This document shows positions 16,565 through 25,791 of a DNA stretch of 64,000 nt, one piece after another. The DNA is taken from positions 96,001-160,000 of the IMG/VR virus record IMGVR_UViG_3300025128_000015. One strand, 5' to 3'. The notes under the pieces were generated by a model. It made no database searches, was not told the origin of the DNA, and saw nothing but the letters and a program-made list of their open reading frames with translations. The first letter of the stretch is position 1. Each line of letters begins with the position of its first letter. The DNA comes from a virus. The translations under genes were made by a program, and so were the position numbers.

Positions 16565-17194
16565 ATGAACGTTACAAAAGAACACCTCAAACAAATCATC
16601 GAAGAAGAACTCTTGGAGATGATGAATGAAAAATCCACGGACATCGACGAAGCTGTTTTGGGTTTGAATATAGCGGGTCAAGCGAATCCGAAACTTCGGA
16701 AGAAAGTTAAGAAAGCATTAGAAGATGAGCCTGGTGGTTCGCGTTCGTCCGGCATGCCAAATCCATTAAAACAATTAAAAGATTATGCCCGTGATCGGAC
16801 TGGTAACGTTGATCGAGGGTATTATGATAGAGAAAAAGCTAAAAGAGCTGGGAAGAACGCAGCTGCAGCCCGAAGAGACAGAAAAGCGACAAAAACTCGT
16901 GAACGTGGTAACATCGCTCATAATTTTGGAGGAGGCGTAGCGGGTTCCGGTATGACCGGTGGATATAGCATGCCTGAGCCGCGGCAAACATTTGGAGAAC
17001 CGGCGCCAACAACTAAAGTACCCAGAAAGAAAAAAAGATACACGCGAATCCCGGCTGATTTAGAGTCTGCAGTATCAGGTAAGGGTAAAAGTGTCTGGGT
17101 ACCAATAGATGAAAACGATATCACAAAAGCTGATCTTAAAAAAGTAATTCGTGAAGAACTTGAAGCTTTCTTGGATGATCACTACAGCAAATAG
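16565..17194 (+). CDS. Protein tagged at both ends
   Basis: MNVTKEHLKQIIEEE and ITKADLKKVIREE. Confidence 0.8.
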   Translation: MNVTKEHLKQIIEEELLEMMNEKSTDIDEAVLGLNIAGQANPKLRKKVKKALEDEPGGSRSSGMPNPLKQLKDYARDRTGNVDRGYYDREKAKRAGKNAAAARRDRKATKTRERGNIAHNFGGGVAGSGMTGGYSMPEPRQTFGEPAPTTKVPRKKKRYTRIPADLESAVSGKGKSVWVPIDENDITKADLKKVIREELEAFLDDHYSK

Positions 17195-17195
17195 T

Positions 17196-17438
17196 TTAAT
17201 CGGTATTCCTTACTATACTTACAACCTCTAAGCTTTTTGGGTTACACCAGACAATACCTACTTTAAAAAAGTATACTTCAATGATTATTGTTTCTGGTTC
17301 TGTTTCCATAAAATCCCAGACGTCGATATCAATAATAATTCCTAAATCATTCCAACGTTCTTTTGGAGCGTTTAAATTATCATAAAGATTTTCGTCTTGA
17401 TTGAATCTTGTCCACCTAACCATGTCGCCTACTTTCAT
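17196..17438 (-). CDS. MKVGD-family protein (start revised to 17438)
   Basis: MKVGDMVRW...DLGIII...EVYF...LEVVS. Confidence 0.75.
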   Translation of the reverse strand: MKVGDMVRWTRFNQDENLYDNLNAPKERWNDLGIIIDIDVWDFMETEPETIIIEVYFFKVGIVWCNPKSLEVVSIVRNTD

Positions 17439-17531
17439 ATTAATAACTAGGCATGAAAGCAATAGATCGTGTCTTTTAAGGCATGTATAAGATTTAAGTT
17501 CTAATTATTATTAAAGGTGAGACTACAAATT

Positions 17532-17699
17532 ATGAGCAACAATTTTTTAAGCATAAAAGAACTTCGTAAATTAATACAAGAAGTTGTCAAAGAAGTAGAA
17601 GGCGAAAATCCAGAATTAATCGATCCAGATGGTGGTAAAGTTTTTCACATCGATGATGATGGAAATATTGTATACCATGGTGAAGAAGAGTCAGACTAA
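17532..17699 (+). CDS. Small tagged acidic protein
   Basis: MSNNFLSIKELRKLIQE; SD AAAGGTG. Confidence 0.6.
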   Translation: MSNNFLSIKELRKLIQEVVKEVEGENPELIDPDGGKVFHIDDDGNIVYHGEEESD

Positions 17700-18031
17700 C
17701 GAGATGGCCGTTTCTTTTTTCCTTTCTTATTAGAAAACTTCTTATTTGGTTTCTTGTGTGGTTTCTTGACTTTTACTCTAGGCTTATAAAATCTTATGCT
17801 TCTGTTGTATGTCTTGTATTTTCCACGATAATTTCTAATATGCTTACGATATATGTATCTACTAGATACAACCTTCATCTTATATGGTAAATAAACATAT
17901 GTTCCATAAAGATTATCATAATAAACATAAGCCGGCTTCGTTGTATAAGAAACGCTAGGCGTCAAGGTGGCGAAACAACCGGTTAAGGTAAATACTAAAA
18001 CAAGAACAACAGATAATAAACGTTTTTTCAT
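17696..18031 (-). CDS. Putative lipoprotein with Tyr-rich and Lys-rich tail
   Basis: Signal peptide with LTGC lipobox; SD CAGGAG. Confidence 0.7.
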   Translation of the reverse strand: MKKRLLSVVLVLVFTLTGCFATLTPSVSYTTKPAYVYYDNLYGTYVYLPYKMKVVSSRYIYRKHIRNYRGKYKTYNRSIRFYKPRVKVKKPHKKPNKKFSNKKGKKKRPSR

Positions 18032-18126
18032 TTTGTTCTCCTGTTCATAGCAAAAGTATAGTTACTTTTTTTTAAAAGTAAAGGAATTTCTTTAACTAAT
18101 TATATGGGAAAGGAGATAATAAGAAT

Positions 18127-18852
18127 ATGATTTTATCTGAAGCCCACGTAGAAGTTTTTGTCTTAGAAGAAATGATTAAACTTCTCGGAGAATATTCTGA
18201 TCTTGAAGAAGAATTTATTAAAAGAAAAAAAGGTGGTGCGTTTGATCCAGCAACGTTTTCAAGCGATGTATCTCCAGAAGAAGTTGAAAAAGCTTTTAGA
18301 GCGCAAAATATAGAAAAAGGTATGTCTCCTGAAGCAGCAAGAGAATATGCTAAAGCGCAAGTTAAAGCAAGAACTGCCAAGAGCGAAGAGCCCACAGAAG
18401 AAGTTCCTGAAATTGGAGCGTCCGTCGAAGGTGGTAGTGAAATGGGCGGTGGATCTCAAGAAGGTAGAATGCAAAAATGGTCTGACCGGTCAGAGGAATT
18501 GATGAACCTAGAAAATTTGTTTACTATCGACAATTCTTTCCGAAATGCAATTGCAGAATTAAGCAAAACCACTAGTGGAGAACCGACAAGCGACGAACCT
18601 TCTTATATGCTAGCAACAGCATTATTAGGTCTCGTCGAGCAAGTGCCTGGCGAGCCAAATACAAATGAAGAAAAAGTTAGAGAATGGTTGGTTAATTATT
18701 TGCCCGCAGGACAAAATAAAGATATGACAATACAAAGAATAATTTATTATATGTCCCGAGCAGCTAGCTCAAAACCCACATATAACCAAGTTTGGGCTGC
18801 ACAGAAGGGTGTCCTTGACTTTCTCTCTCAAAGGGCTTCTAGGGGCGTCTAA
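18127..18852 (+). CDS. Hypothetical protein
   Basis: SD AAGGAG; AACTAATTAT motif at 18094. Confidence 0.75.
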   Translation: MILSEAHVEVFVLEEMIKLLGEYSDLEEEFIKRKKGGAFDPATFSSDVSPEEVEKAFRAQNIEKGMSPEAAREYAKAQVKARTAKSEEPTEEVPEIGASVEGGSEMGGGSQEGRMQKWSDRSEELMNLENLFTIDNSFRNAIAELSKTTSGEPTSDEPSYMLATALLGLVEQVPGEPNTNEEKVREWLVNYLPAGQNKDMTIQRIIYYMSRAASSKPTYNQVWAAQKGVLDFLSQRASRGV

Positions 18853-18889
18853 ACAGTACTGTGGTGAATTTAAAACAAAGAGGAAACTA

Positions 18890-19174
18890 GTGGCTAAAAG
18901 AAAAGTTGGATTTGGGGCACTCCTAGAAGAATTAGAACAGGAAGAAGAAGTATATATTCCTAAATCTTATATTGTATGTCCCGCGTGCAAAGACGAATTT
19001 AGATCTGATGAATGTCCGCAGAAAGAAGATGAAAAGATATTCTGTTCCTGTGGTAATTTAGAATTTGGCTGCATTGAAGGCGACGGACATCCGTGTAGAA
19101 TTGGATCCAAAGGCGGATTCACAACTGTTAAGTATAAAACAGTTTATCCTAAATTTATCGATAAGAACATCTAG
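18890..19174 (+). CDS. Zinc-ribbon-like protein (start revised to GTG 18890)
   Basis: CPAC and CSCGN motifs; SD GAGGA. Confidence 0.6.
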   Translation: MAKRKVGFGALLEELEQEEEVYIPKSYIVCPACKDEFRSDECPQKEDEKIFCSCGNLEFGCIEGDGHPCRIGSKGGFTTVKYKTVYPKFIDKNI

Positions 19175-19222
19175 ATACTATTTAGATTATAAGACTTTTT
19201 ATTCACCGCGGAGATAAAAAAC

Positions 19223-19867
19223 ATGAAGTTAACAGAAAACGTTTTAAAACAAACAATTAGAGAAGTTATTAGTGAACTTCTAGAAGAAGACAAGCCAAAG
19301 CCGGCAAGAGGCCCAAAGGAAGCAAGTGAATTTTTAAAAACAGTGACTGACGCTGCCAAAGAAGCTGATAAATCTGGAAAAGAACAAAGAAAAGTGGCTA
19401 GCCCAGCGCGAAAGAAAGTTAAAGAAGATATCGACGAAGTAAGTGGCGTACCTGTTGCTAAAGATGATGACTTTGATCCTCTCGCTGCGTCTGAAGCCCT
19501 AGACAAAGTTGCCGGGGTTGATGATGTAAAAGCATTAGACGTCGGACCTGTTAATGAAAAACTTTCTGATAAGCAGTCTAAAAATATGGACAAAGATGAC
19601 GATGGCGATATTGACGCAAAAGATTTAAAAGCTCTTCGTAATCGTAAGTCAAAAAAGAAAGGTGATGTTTCTGAACAAGAAATGCCAGACCCTGAGCTTC
19701 CGAAAGTTCCTGACGTTAAAACAGAAGTGCCTGCTGCAGAAAAAATGACTCCTCCAAAAGCTCCGGCTGGTCAACAAACAACGACTCCTATGTCTTTAAA
19801 AGAGCATGCTTCGGCCAAGCACAATCGCATTTTTGAATCCTTAGTTAAGAGTATTACAAAGAAATAA
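19223..19867 (+). CDS. Tagged acidic/low-complexity protein with an EF-hand-like loop
   Basis: MKLTENVLKQTIRE; DKDDDGDIDAKD; C-terminal RIFESLVKSITKK. Confidence 0.75.
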   Translation: MKLTENVLKQTIREVISELLEEDKPKPARGPKEASEFLKTVTDAAKEADKSGKEQRKVASPARKKVKEDIDEVSGVPVAKDDDFDPLAASEALDKVAGVDDVKALDVGPVNEKLSDKQSKNMDKDDDGDIDAKDLKALRNRKSKKKGDVSEQEMPDPELPKVPDVKTEVPAAEKMTPPKAPAGQQTTTPMSLKEHASAKHNRIFESLVKSITKK

Positions 19868-19877
19868 GGAATCTAGT

Positions 19878-21620
19878 ATGAAAATTGATACTAAACGTTT
19901 AGATCATATCATTGAAGAAGTGTTGGAAGAAGTTATTTCTGAGCAATCCTTTGTTCGTGACGGCGACGACGCGACATTGGACCGAATTAATAAGCAAAGA
20001 ACACCTGTATCCGTGGAGCCGGTAAAGGCGCCTGAATGGGCTGAGATGTATTTTAAATCCAATCCAGGTTTAAGAGAAAAATACACAAAAGCCTATTCAG
20101 ATCCAAATTTTAGAGCAAGAGCAGACGCGCACGATGCTAAAGTTATAGCAAATAATAAAAAATATGCACTCAACAAGAAGAAAGGAAATGTAACGATCCG
20201 ACAACCTCAATTAACTTCTGTACAGTTGATGGGAAATAAGGTTCTTGATGATTGGTATAAAAACACTTCGCCAGAAGATCGAGCAATGAAAGATTACTCC
20301 GGAAATCCATCTGCACGAGCCAAGTTTTATAAAAAAATGGAAAAAAGAGCCAAGGAGAAAGGTGGAAATTTAGATGTATCAAAGCTGGGCGATGATGATG
20401 TTTACGGCGACGGGGGAACACTGGGACTCACACCAGACGCTGCTCCTGGTACATGGGATGATCCACTTGGTTATAAAGGACAGACTCAATTTAAATTTCA
20501 AAAAGATATTGTAGGCAAACCTGGTGAAAAAATAGATTCTGAAAGATTAAAACGTCGATCAAAAGATTTCGAAGGATTTCATGCCGGCGACTTAAATATA
20601 AGCCCTGAGATGGCCGGAACAATTGAAGATGTTGGTACGTTTATACTTCCAACAAACGCATTAGAGGCTGTAATTAGCCTTGTGCCTTTCGGAAAATTGT
20701 TCGGACTCGTTGGTAAACAGGGAACAAAGATTGCGGAAAAAGAAGTCGCAAAAGAACTTGTAAGCCAAGGTGTTGATAAAGCTGTAGCTCAAAGAATTGC
20801 AAAAGCACGTATGGATTATTTTGCAAAAGAAGCTGCTGAAAAGGCCGCTGCTAAGAAACTTGCAACAAAGGGTGGAATAAAGCCTGGTGGAGTTTTAAGT
20901 CCGTCGTCGCGGCTATCTCAAAAGCCTCCAAAGCCTGGATTTTTAGGAAGATCAAAAGTTGAAATACAAGATATGACTAAAAATCTCAAGAATTTTGCAT
21001 CTAAATATTTAGGACCAGAAACTGTTAATAAAGCAATGAGAAATGCTAGTGGTAAAGGCTTTAAAGAAGGAGCCAAAGGATTTGCAAAGGGACTTGCTGG
21101 ACAGTTGCATCCAATGCATCGATTATTTGGATCTAGCTGGCATGGTGCGCCAATGACATATGTTTTAGCTAAAATATATAATGCACAGAAAGGATCAAAA
21201 TTTGACCAAGAAGATCTTGGGGAACTTAGAGATATACTTGGGCTAAAAACTTTGGCAGATGTAGAGCGAGCGATGATAAACAGCGACAAAGAAGTAAGAA
21301 AACAAAATAAAGAAGCGTATGAATTAGATCGAAAGCTTATGAGAGGCGGATCCACGGCGGATAGAAGTACTGATATAATTATCGACGGCCTTATAAATTC
21401 CGGAATGGTTAATACAATTGATTCTTATAATATTAATGTAATGAGAGAACTTATAAAAAGCATGAAATCAAATCCTGCATATGGAAGTAGTAGAGTTAAG
21501 TTTCCCACGGAAGAAGAATTTATTAAAGCTCTAAAAGCTAAAGGCATTAAATTAGATATCGACACTCCATTAGTTAAAGAGCACATTGTCAACTTAGTAA
21601 TGGAAACTCTCGGGTATTAA
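19878..21620 (+). CDS. Tagged large hypothetical protein
   Basis: MKIDTKRLDHIIEE; SD AAGGA. Confidence 0.8.
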   Translation: MKIDTKRLDHIIEEVLEEVISEQSFVRDGDDATLDRINKQRTPVSVEPVKAPEWAEMYFKSNPGLREKYTKAYSDPNFRARADAHDAKVIANNKKYALNKKKGNVTIRQPQLTSVQLMGNKVLDDWYKNTSPEDRAMKDYSGNPSARAKFYKKMEKRAKEKGGNLDVSKLGDDDVYGDGGTLGLTPDAAPGTWDDPLGYKGQTQFKFQKDIVGKPGEKIDSERLKRRSKDFEGFHAGDLNISPEMAGTIEDVGTFILPTNALEAVISLVPFGKLFGLVGKQGTKIAEKEVAKELVSQGVDKAVAQRIAKARMDYFAKEAAEKAAAKKLATKGGIKPGGVLSPSSRLSQKPPKPGFLGRSKVEIQDMTKNLKNFASKYLGPETVNKAMRNASGKGFKEGAKGFAKGLAGQLHPMHRLFGSSWHGAPMTYVLAKIYNAQKGSKFDQEDLGELRDILGLKTLADVERAMINSDKEVRKQNKEAYELDRKLMRGGSTADRSTDIIIDGLINSGMVNTIDSYNINVMRELIKSMKSNPAYGSSRVKFPTEEEFIKALKAKGIKLDIDTPLVKEHIVNLVMETLGY

Positions 21621-21859
21621 GCTTCAGATAATATATGCAAATGGTTACATAACATAAGTGAGTCTGGTTCTCCTGAAGCTTCTCTATCCCAGATTAACCA
21701 TTCTATTTCTGCAAACTCTCGGTTGTCTTCTGTTTCAAAAACAGTCATGATAATTCCCATGTTAAGTTTCCAATTATCGTCAGGTATACCACCAATAACC
21801 GTATTAATTTTATTGAAGGTATACATTGACCTGACCGTAACTAAGTCGCCTCTCTTCAT
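21617..21859 (-). CDS. MKVGD-like protein (MKRGDLV)
   Basis: NMGIIM...EIEW pattern; AACTATTTAT on the minus strand at 21867-21876. Confidence 0.7.
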   Translation of the reverse strand: MKRGDLVTVRSMYTFNKINTVIGGIPDDNWKLNMGIIMTVFETEDNREFAEIEWLIWDREASGEPDSLMLCNHLHILSEA

Positions 21860-22100
21860 ATTATTTATAAATAGTTTTTAGTTAACAGTTGTCTTAACTA
21901 GTTAATATTATAGTGTTAGTGTAATCTTATGAATATAATGTTTTTACCAGAAGTGGATAGATTGATAAATATTTTCCCTAAGCCTTTGAAAATAAGAGAG
22001 ATGGAAAAAAAGATTGTCCAACCTGTTGAAAACACTAAGCTTTTATACAAAGATATCGCACACCACTTTAGTACAGAAGATTTAATAGAGTTAACAAAAT

Positions 22101-22544
22101 ATGCAAACAATATTCGAAAGTTGGAGAAGTTTTATGTCTGAGCGCGTCGGTGAAGCTCATGAAAAAGATACTGATCAAGTTGGATTGGTTATCGTATTGG
22201 ATTCGCAAGAACGCGCATTGCTTATGAAAAGAAGCGAAGAAGTAGGTTATGGGGCCAATCAGTGGTCTATACCCGGTGGACATGTTCAAGAAGGTGAAAC
22301 CTATGAAGAAGGAGCGATTAGAGAGACTAAAGAAGAAACCAATTTAGACGTTTCTAATTTGGAACACTTCAAATCTAATGGCCGTCTTCATTATTACATA
22401 GCTCATGGTTTTAGCGGAGATCTCAAAATCAATTTTGAACATACAGACACAGCTTGGGTTACTTATAAAGATCTAGAAGACTATGATATTGTTGAAGAAA
22501 CAGAAGTCTTATTAAAAAAACTCTTAAAAGGGGTGAGTGAATAA
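22101..22544 (+). CDS. NUDIX hydrolase with a class B tag
   Basis: Nudix box PGGHVQEGETYEEGAIRETKEETNL; N-terminus MQTIFESWRSFMSE. Confidence 0.9.
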   Translation: MQTIFESWRSFMSERVGEAHEKDTDQVGLVIVLDSQERALLMKRSEEVGYGANQWSIPGGHVQEGETYEEGAIRETKEETNLDVSNLEHFKSNGRLHYYIAHGFSGDLKINFEHTDTAWVTYKDLEDYDIVEETEVLLKKLLKGVSE

Positions 22545-22618
22545 AATTCAATTAAAGAGTAGAAAGTCTAAAAAATGTTCTTATATTATAAATATAAGAA
22601 GTCTTACAGGAGGACACA

Positions 22619-22870
22619 ATGAAAAAAGTTTTATCAGTTTTAACAATCTTAACAATTTTAATTTTCAGCACTAGTGCTATCGCCGGAGGTGGAAAGGCAA
22701 AATCTAAATTTTATGATTTCTCCGACCAGCTTATTGATGGCACTATTGCCAAGCCACAAGCGATGGTGAATGATGTAAAAGGCAAGGTCAAGTTTGATCG
22801 TTTGCTTCGACTTAAGAAGTCATTCATGCCTTCGCTTTTGCAAACTGCAAAAGAAAGGGTTTTTAAATGA
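22619..22870 (+). CDS. CglF/GltF-like exported protein (myxobacterial gliding-motility family)
   Basis: Signal peptide, then DFSDQLIDGTIAKP...FDRLLRLKKSFMPSL; size and pattern as recalled for the CglF/GltF family; SD AGGAGG. Confidence 0.6.
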   Translation: MKKVLSVLTILTILIFSTSAIAGGGKAKSKFYDFSDQLIDGTIAKPQAMVNDVKGKVKFDRLLRLKKSFMPSLLQTAKERVFK

Positions 22871-22961
22871 AATATGATAGGGAAGATGAGATTACCATTT
22901 ATATGCTGATCTTGTCTTCCTTTATCATGTTTGGTACTATAGCGTATGCTTTAATCGTGGG

Positions 22962-23144
22962 GTGTTGATTATGTGTTTAGTGTGTATTGAATTTCAAAAA
23001 GGTAAATTATCTGTTCTTGAAGCAAAGAGAAATCTTAGAGAGATGCACACCAACGTTGGTACTGATCATACTCTTGAAGCGCTTAAAATAATTGAAGATG
23101 TAGAAGATATAGAAAAAGTAAAGGATGGCCATGACTTAGAATGA
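22962..23144 (+). CDS. Hypothetical protein
   Basis: MCLVCIEFQKGKL; coupled to the next gene. Confidence 0.55.
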   Translation: MLIMCLVCIEFQKGKLSVLEAKRNLREMHTNVGTDHTLEALKIIEDVEDIEKVKDGHDLE

Positions 23145-23473
23145 AAATTGAATTCGATAGATTCACCATTAGAATCATTCCTGAAAATGAACAGGATGTA
23201 GCTTTCATAGAAGATACTATGGGTCTATGTGAGGATGGTGCTACTTTGTCTCTCGAAAGAATTGATAGTGAAAATATTGACATGGGGTTTAGATTGGAAA
23301 CCGATTTGCCAAATATGCCAAAACCTAGTAGAAACCAATCAAAAAAGAAAGTTGAAACATTTCAAAGACCTATAGACGATCTTATTGATGTCGTAGGGTC
23401 ATGGGACGGTCCACCATATAAAAGAAGCGGCGATACGAAAGAGCTAGACGAAAATTGGAGTAAAGAAGATTGA
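23141..23473 (+). CDS. Hypothetical protein
   Basis: ATGA coupling; coherent ORF. Confidence 0.65.
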   Translation: MKIEFDRFTIRIIPENEQDVAFIEDTMGLCEDGATLSLERIDSENIDMGFRLETDLPNMPKPSRNQSKKKVETFQRPIDDLIDVVGSWDGPPYKRSGDTKELDENWSKED

Positions 23474-23611
23474 GCCCATATCACTCACATGAAGAAATAA
23501 CAGATGAACAAATAAGAGAGTGGTACAGTAAGGCTAGCTTAAATAAATTTAATGTTTTCGATGATTATAATAAGATCATACTTCAATTGTGTAGAAAACT
23601 ATTAGAAGGTA

Positions 23612-23833
23612 TTGATGATGAAAAATGAAAAAGTTGTCGAAAAATTAAAATTACAGATTAAGCAATTGAATGAAGAAATTGCAAAACTGATAGACGAGAA
23701 CCAATCTTTATGGGATATGCTTGAAGAAATAACAGCATCCGATATAAAGAATTGGTCGGAAACTCTTCAAAAAGAACATGAAAAAATAAAATTTGATAAG
23801 TTGATGATTACAAAAAAGATGGGTAATGCATAG
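23612..23833 (+). CDS. Coiled-coil hypothetical protein
   Basis: Heptad pattern LKLQIKQLNEEIAKLIDENQSL. Confidence 0.6.
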   Translation: MMMKNEKVVEKLKLQIKQLNEEIAKLIDENQSLWDMLEEITASDIKNWSETLQKEHEKIKFDKLMITKKMGNA

Positions 23834-23847
23834 TTACTTATGTAATT

Positions 23848-25767
23848 ATGAAAAAGTTTTTGCTCATATTATCATTGGGTTTCATCTCTTTATCGTGTAG
23901 TGACCTCTTCATGGATGATCCGCAAATGACGTTTGCTGATATATCGCAAGCAGATGATGAAGAACTACCTACAGTTGTACCTTCGGAGAAATATAAGTTA
24001 GACTGTTATCGTACAGAATACTATTTTTGTCCAGGAGTTAGTGGACCTTTATTTAGGATTGCTGTTGTAAAAGATATTTGTAAAGATCCTCCAGAAGTTA
24101 TTTCGATGAGTGAGTGTGAAGAATTTCTTGAATGTGATCCTAGTCAGTTTAAAATGGGCGAAGAAGATTGTGTAACCCCAATGGGATTACCAGGTAAAAA
24201 AACCATCTATTGTGATAAAGGACATATCAAAGAAGGAAAATGTGAAACTGAATGTATCGAAGAAATCTGTGACGGTCTAGACAATGATTGTGATGGTGAA
24301 ATTGATGAAGGCCAATTAAATGCTTGCGGCGAGTGCGGCGCGGAAGATCCAGAGATATGTGATGGTATTGATAATGATTGTAACGGATTGGTCGATGAAA
24401 ATTTAGTTAGACCGTGTAACACAGAATGTGAAAGCGGTTATGAAACTTGTGTCGACGGTGATTGGGGTTCCTGTACAGCGAAACAGCCCGAAGAAGAAAT
24501 ATGTGATGGATTTGATAATGACTGCGACGGCGCCGTTGATGAAGGCTTAGATTGTCTTTGTACTATTCAAGACATTGGAACTTTATTTCCTTGTGAAGAA
24601 GATCCACTGCTTTGTGGTACAGGATATAAAACTTGTGAATGTAAAACACAAGATTGCACAGTAATTGGTTTTACTCCCTGTTTTGCTATGTGTGCATGGC
24701 AAACTCCATTGGATCCAAATTGTGATCCTCTTTTAGGTATGGCGCTTCCATATGAGCTATGTAATAATCATGATGATAATTGTAATCAGTTGATTGATGA
24801 AGATTTATATAAGATGTGTTATACCGGACCTCCGGACACTCTCAACGTAGGAATCTGTCTAGCTGGTATGCAAACATGTGAGAAGGGCGCCTGGGGGCAT
24901 TATAACGCATCCGGAGTGTTTATACAGGGGTATTGTAAGGATGAGGTCTTGCCGCTCTTAGAGGATAGCTGTAATGGGCAAGATGACGATTGTGATGGAG
25001 AGGTTGATAAAGAAGGTGAAATGGAAGATACTGACATTCTCTTTATTATTGATTGGTCTGGATCTATGCATTCTGAAATTGAAGCTGTATTAATGGCCTT
25101 AAATCAATTCGCTAAGAATTATAAAGACGAAGAAGTTATACAATGGGGATTAATTGTTGGTCCGCGGGTTCCTGGTAATTATGGTGCTAAGAATTACTTA
25201 GAAATAGTTAGTAATTTGGCATCATTTGAAGACTTTATGAATAAATTTTCTTCTCTCGACAAAAATACAATGAACGGACAACACGAAATGCTTTATGATG
25301 CTGTGTATCTTTCCTTAATGGATTTGACAGGTGCAGAGCCATGGAGCTTGGACGAAATGACATGGACAACAATGGTTGGAGATGCAATACAAGAATCGAT
25401 TCCAGAACTTGAAAATTTTAAAATTAACTGGCGTCCGAATGCAAAAAGAGTTATTATTACCTTCTCCGATGAACATGGGCAAAGCTTTATGATACCAAAA
25501 AGTATTTTAGGTGGTAGTTGGAATTCAAATTACGATGGAGTAACACAAGATATTCTATTAAGTATGATTGCGACGTCGCTAGATACGGTTATATATACTT
25601 TTAGTAATCTAACAAGCAAAAATTCTTCAATGCCGTTTGGCGATACTGGATGGGAACCTTTGGCTCTTATCAATGGTGGAAAGTGGTATGAGCTAAGCCA
25701 TAGTTCTACGCAAATGTATTCAAATCTTATGGAAATTATAGATAAAGAGGTTTGTGGAAACGAATAA
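23848..25767 (+). CDS. Cys-rich lipoprotein with five DGxDNDCDGxxDE (MopE-related/TSP3-like) repeats and a C-terminal vWA domain
   Basis: Lipobox ..SLSC17; repeats EICDGLDNDCDGEIDE etc.; MIDAS DILFIIDWSGSM and ITFSDE. Confidence 0.85.
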   Translation: MKKFLLILSLGFISLSCSDLFMDDPQMTFADISQADDEELPTVVPSEKYKLDCYRTEYYFCPGVSGPLFRIAVVKDICKDPPEVISMSECEEFLECDPSQFKMGEEDCVTPMGLPGKKTIYCDKGHIKEGKCETECIEEICDGLDNDCDGEIDEGQLNACGECGAEDPEICDGIDNDCNGLVDENLVRPCNTECESGYETCVDGDWGSCTAKQPEEEICDGFDNDCDGAVDEGLDCLCTIQDIGTLFPCEEDPLLCGTGYKTCECKTQDCTVIGFTPCFAMCAWQTPLDPNCDPLLGMALPYELCNNHDDNCNQLIDEDLYKMCYTGPPDTLNVGICLAGMQTCEKGAWGHYNASGVFIQGYCKDEVLPLLEDSCNGQDDDCDGEVDKEGEMEDTDILFIIDWSGSMHSEIEAVLMALNQFAKNYKDEEVIQWGLIVGPRVPGNYGAKNYLEIVSNLASFEDFMNKFSSLDKNTMNGQHEMLYDAVYLSLMDLTGAEPWSLDEMTWTTMVGDAIQESIPELENFKINWRPNAKRVIITFSDEHGQSFMIPKSILGGSWNSNYDGVTQDILLSMIATSLDTVIYTFSNLTSKNSSMPFGDTGWEPLALINGGKWYELSHSSTQMYSNLMEIIDKEVCGNE

Positions 25768-25791
25768 TCTATTTATATTGGGAGAAATATT

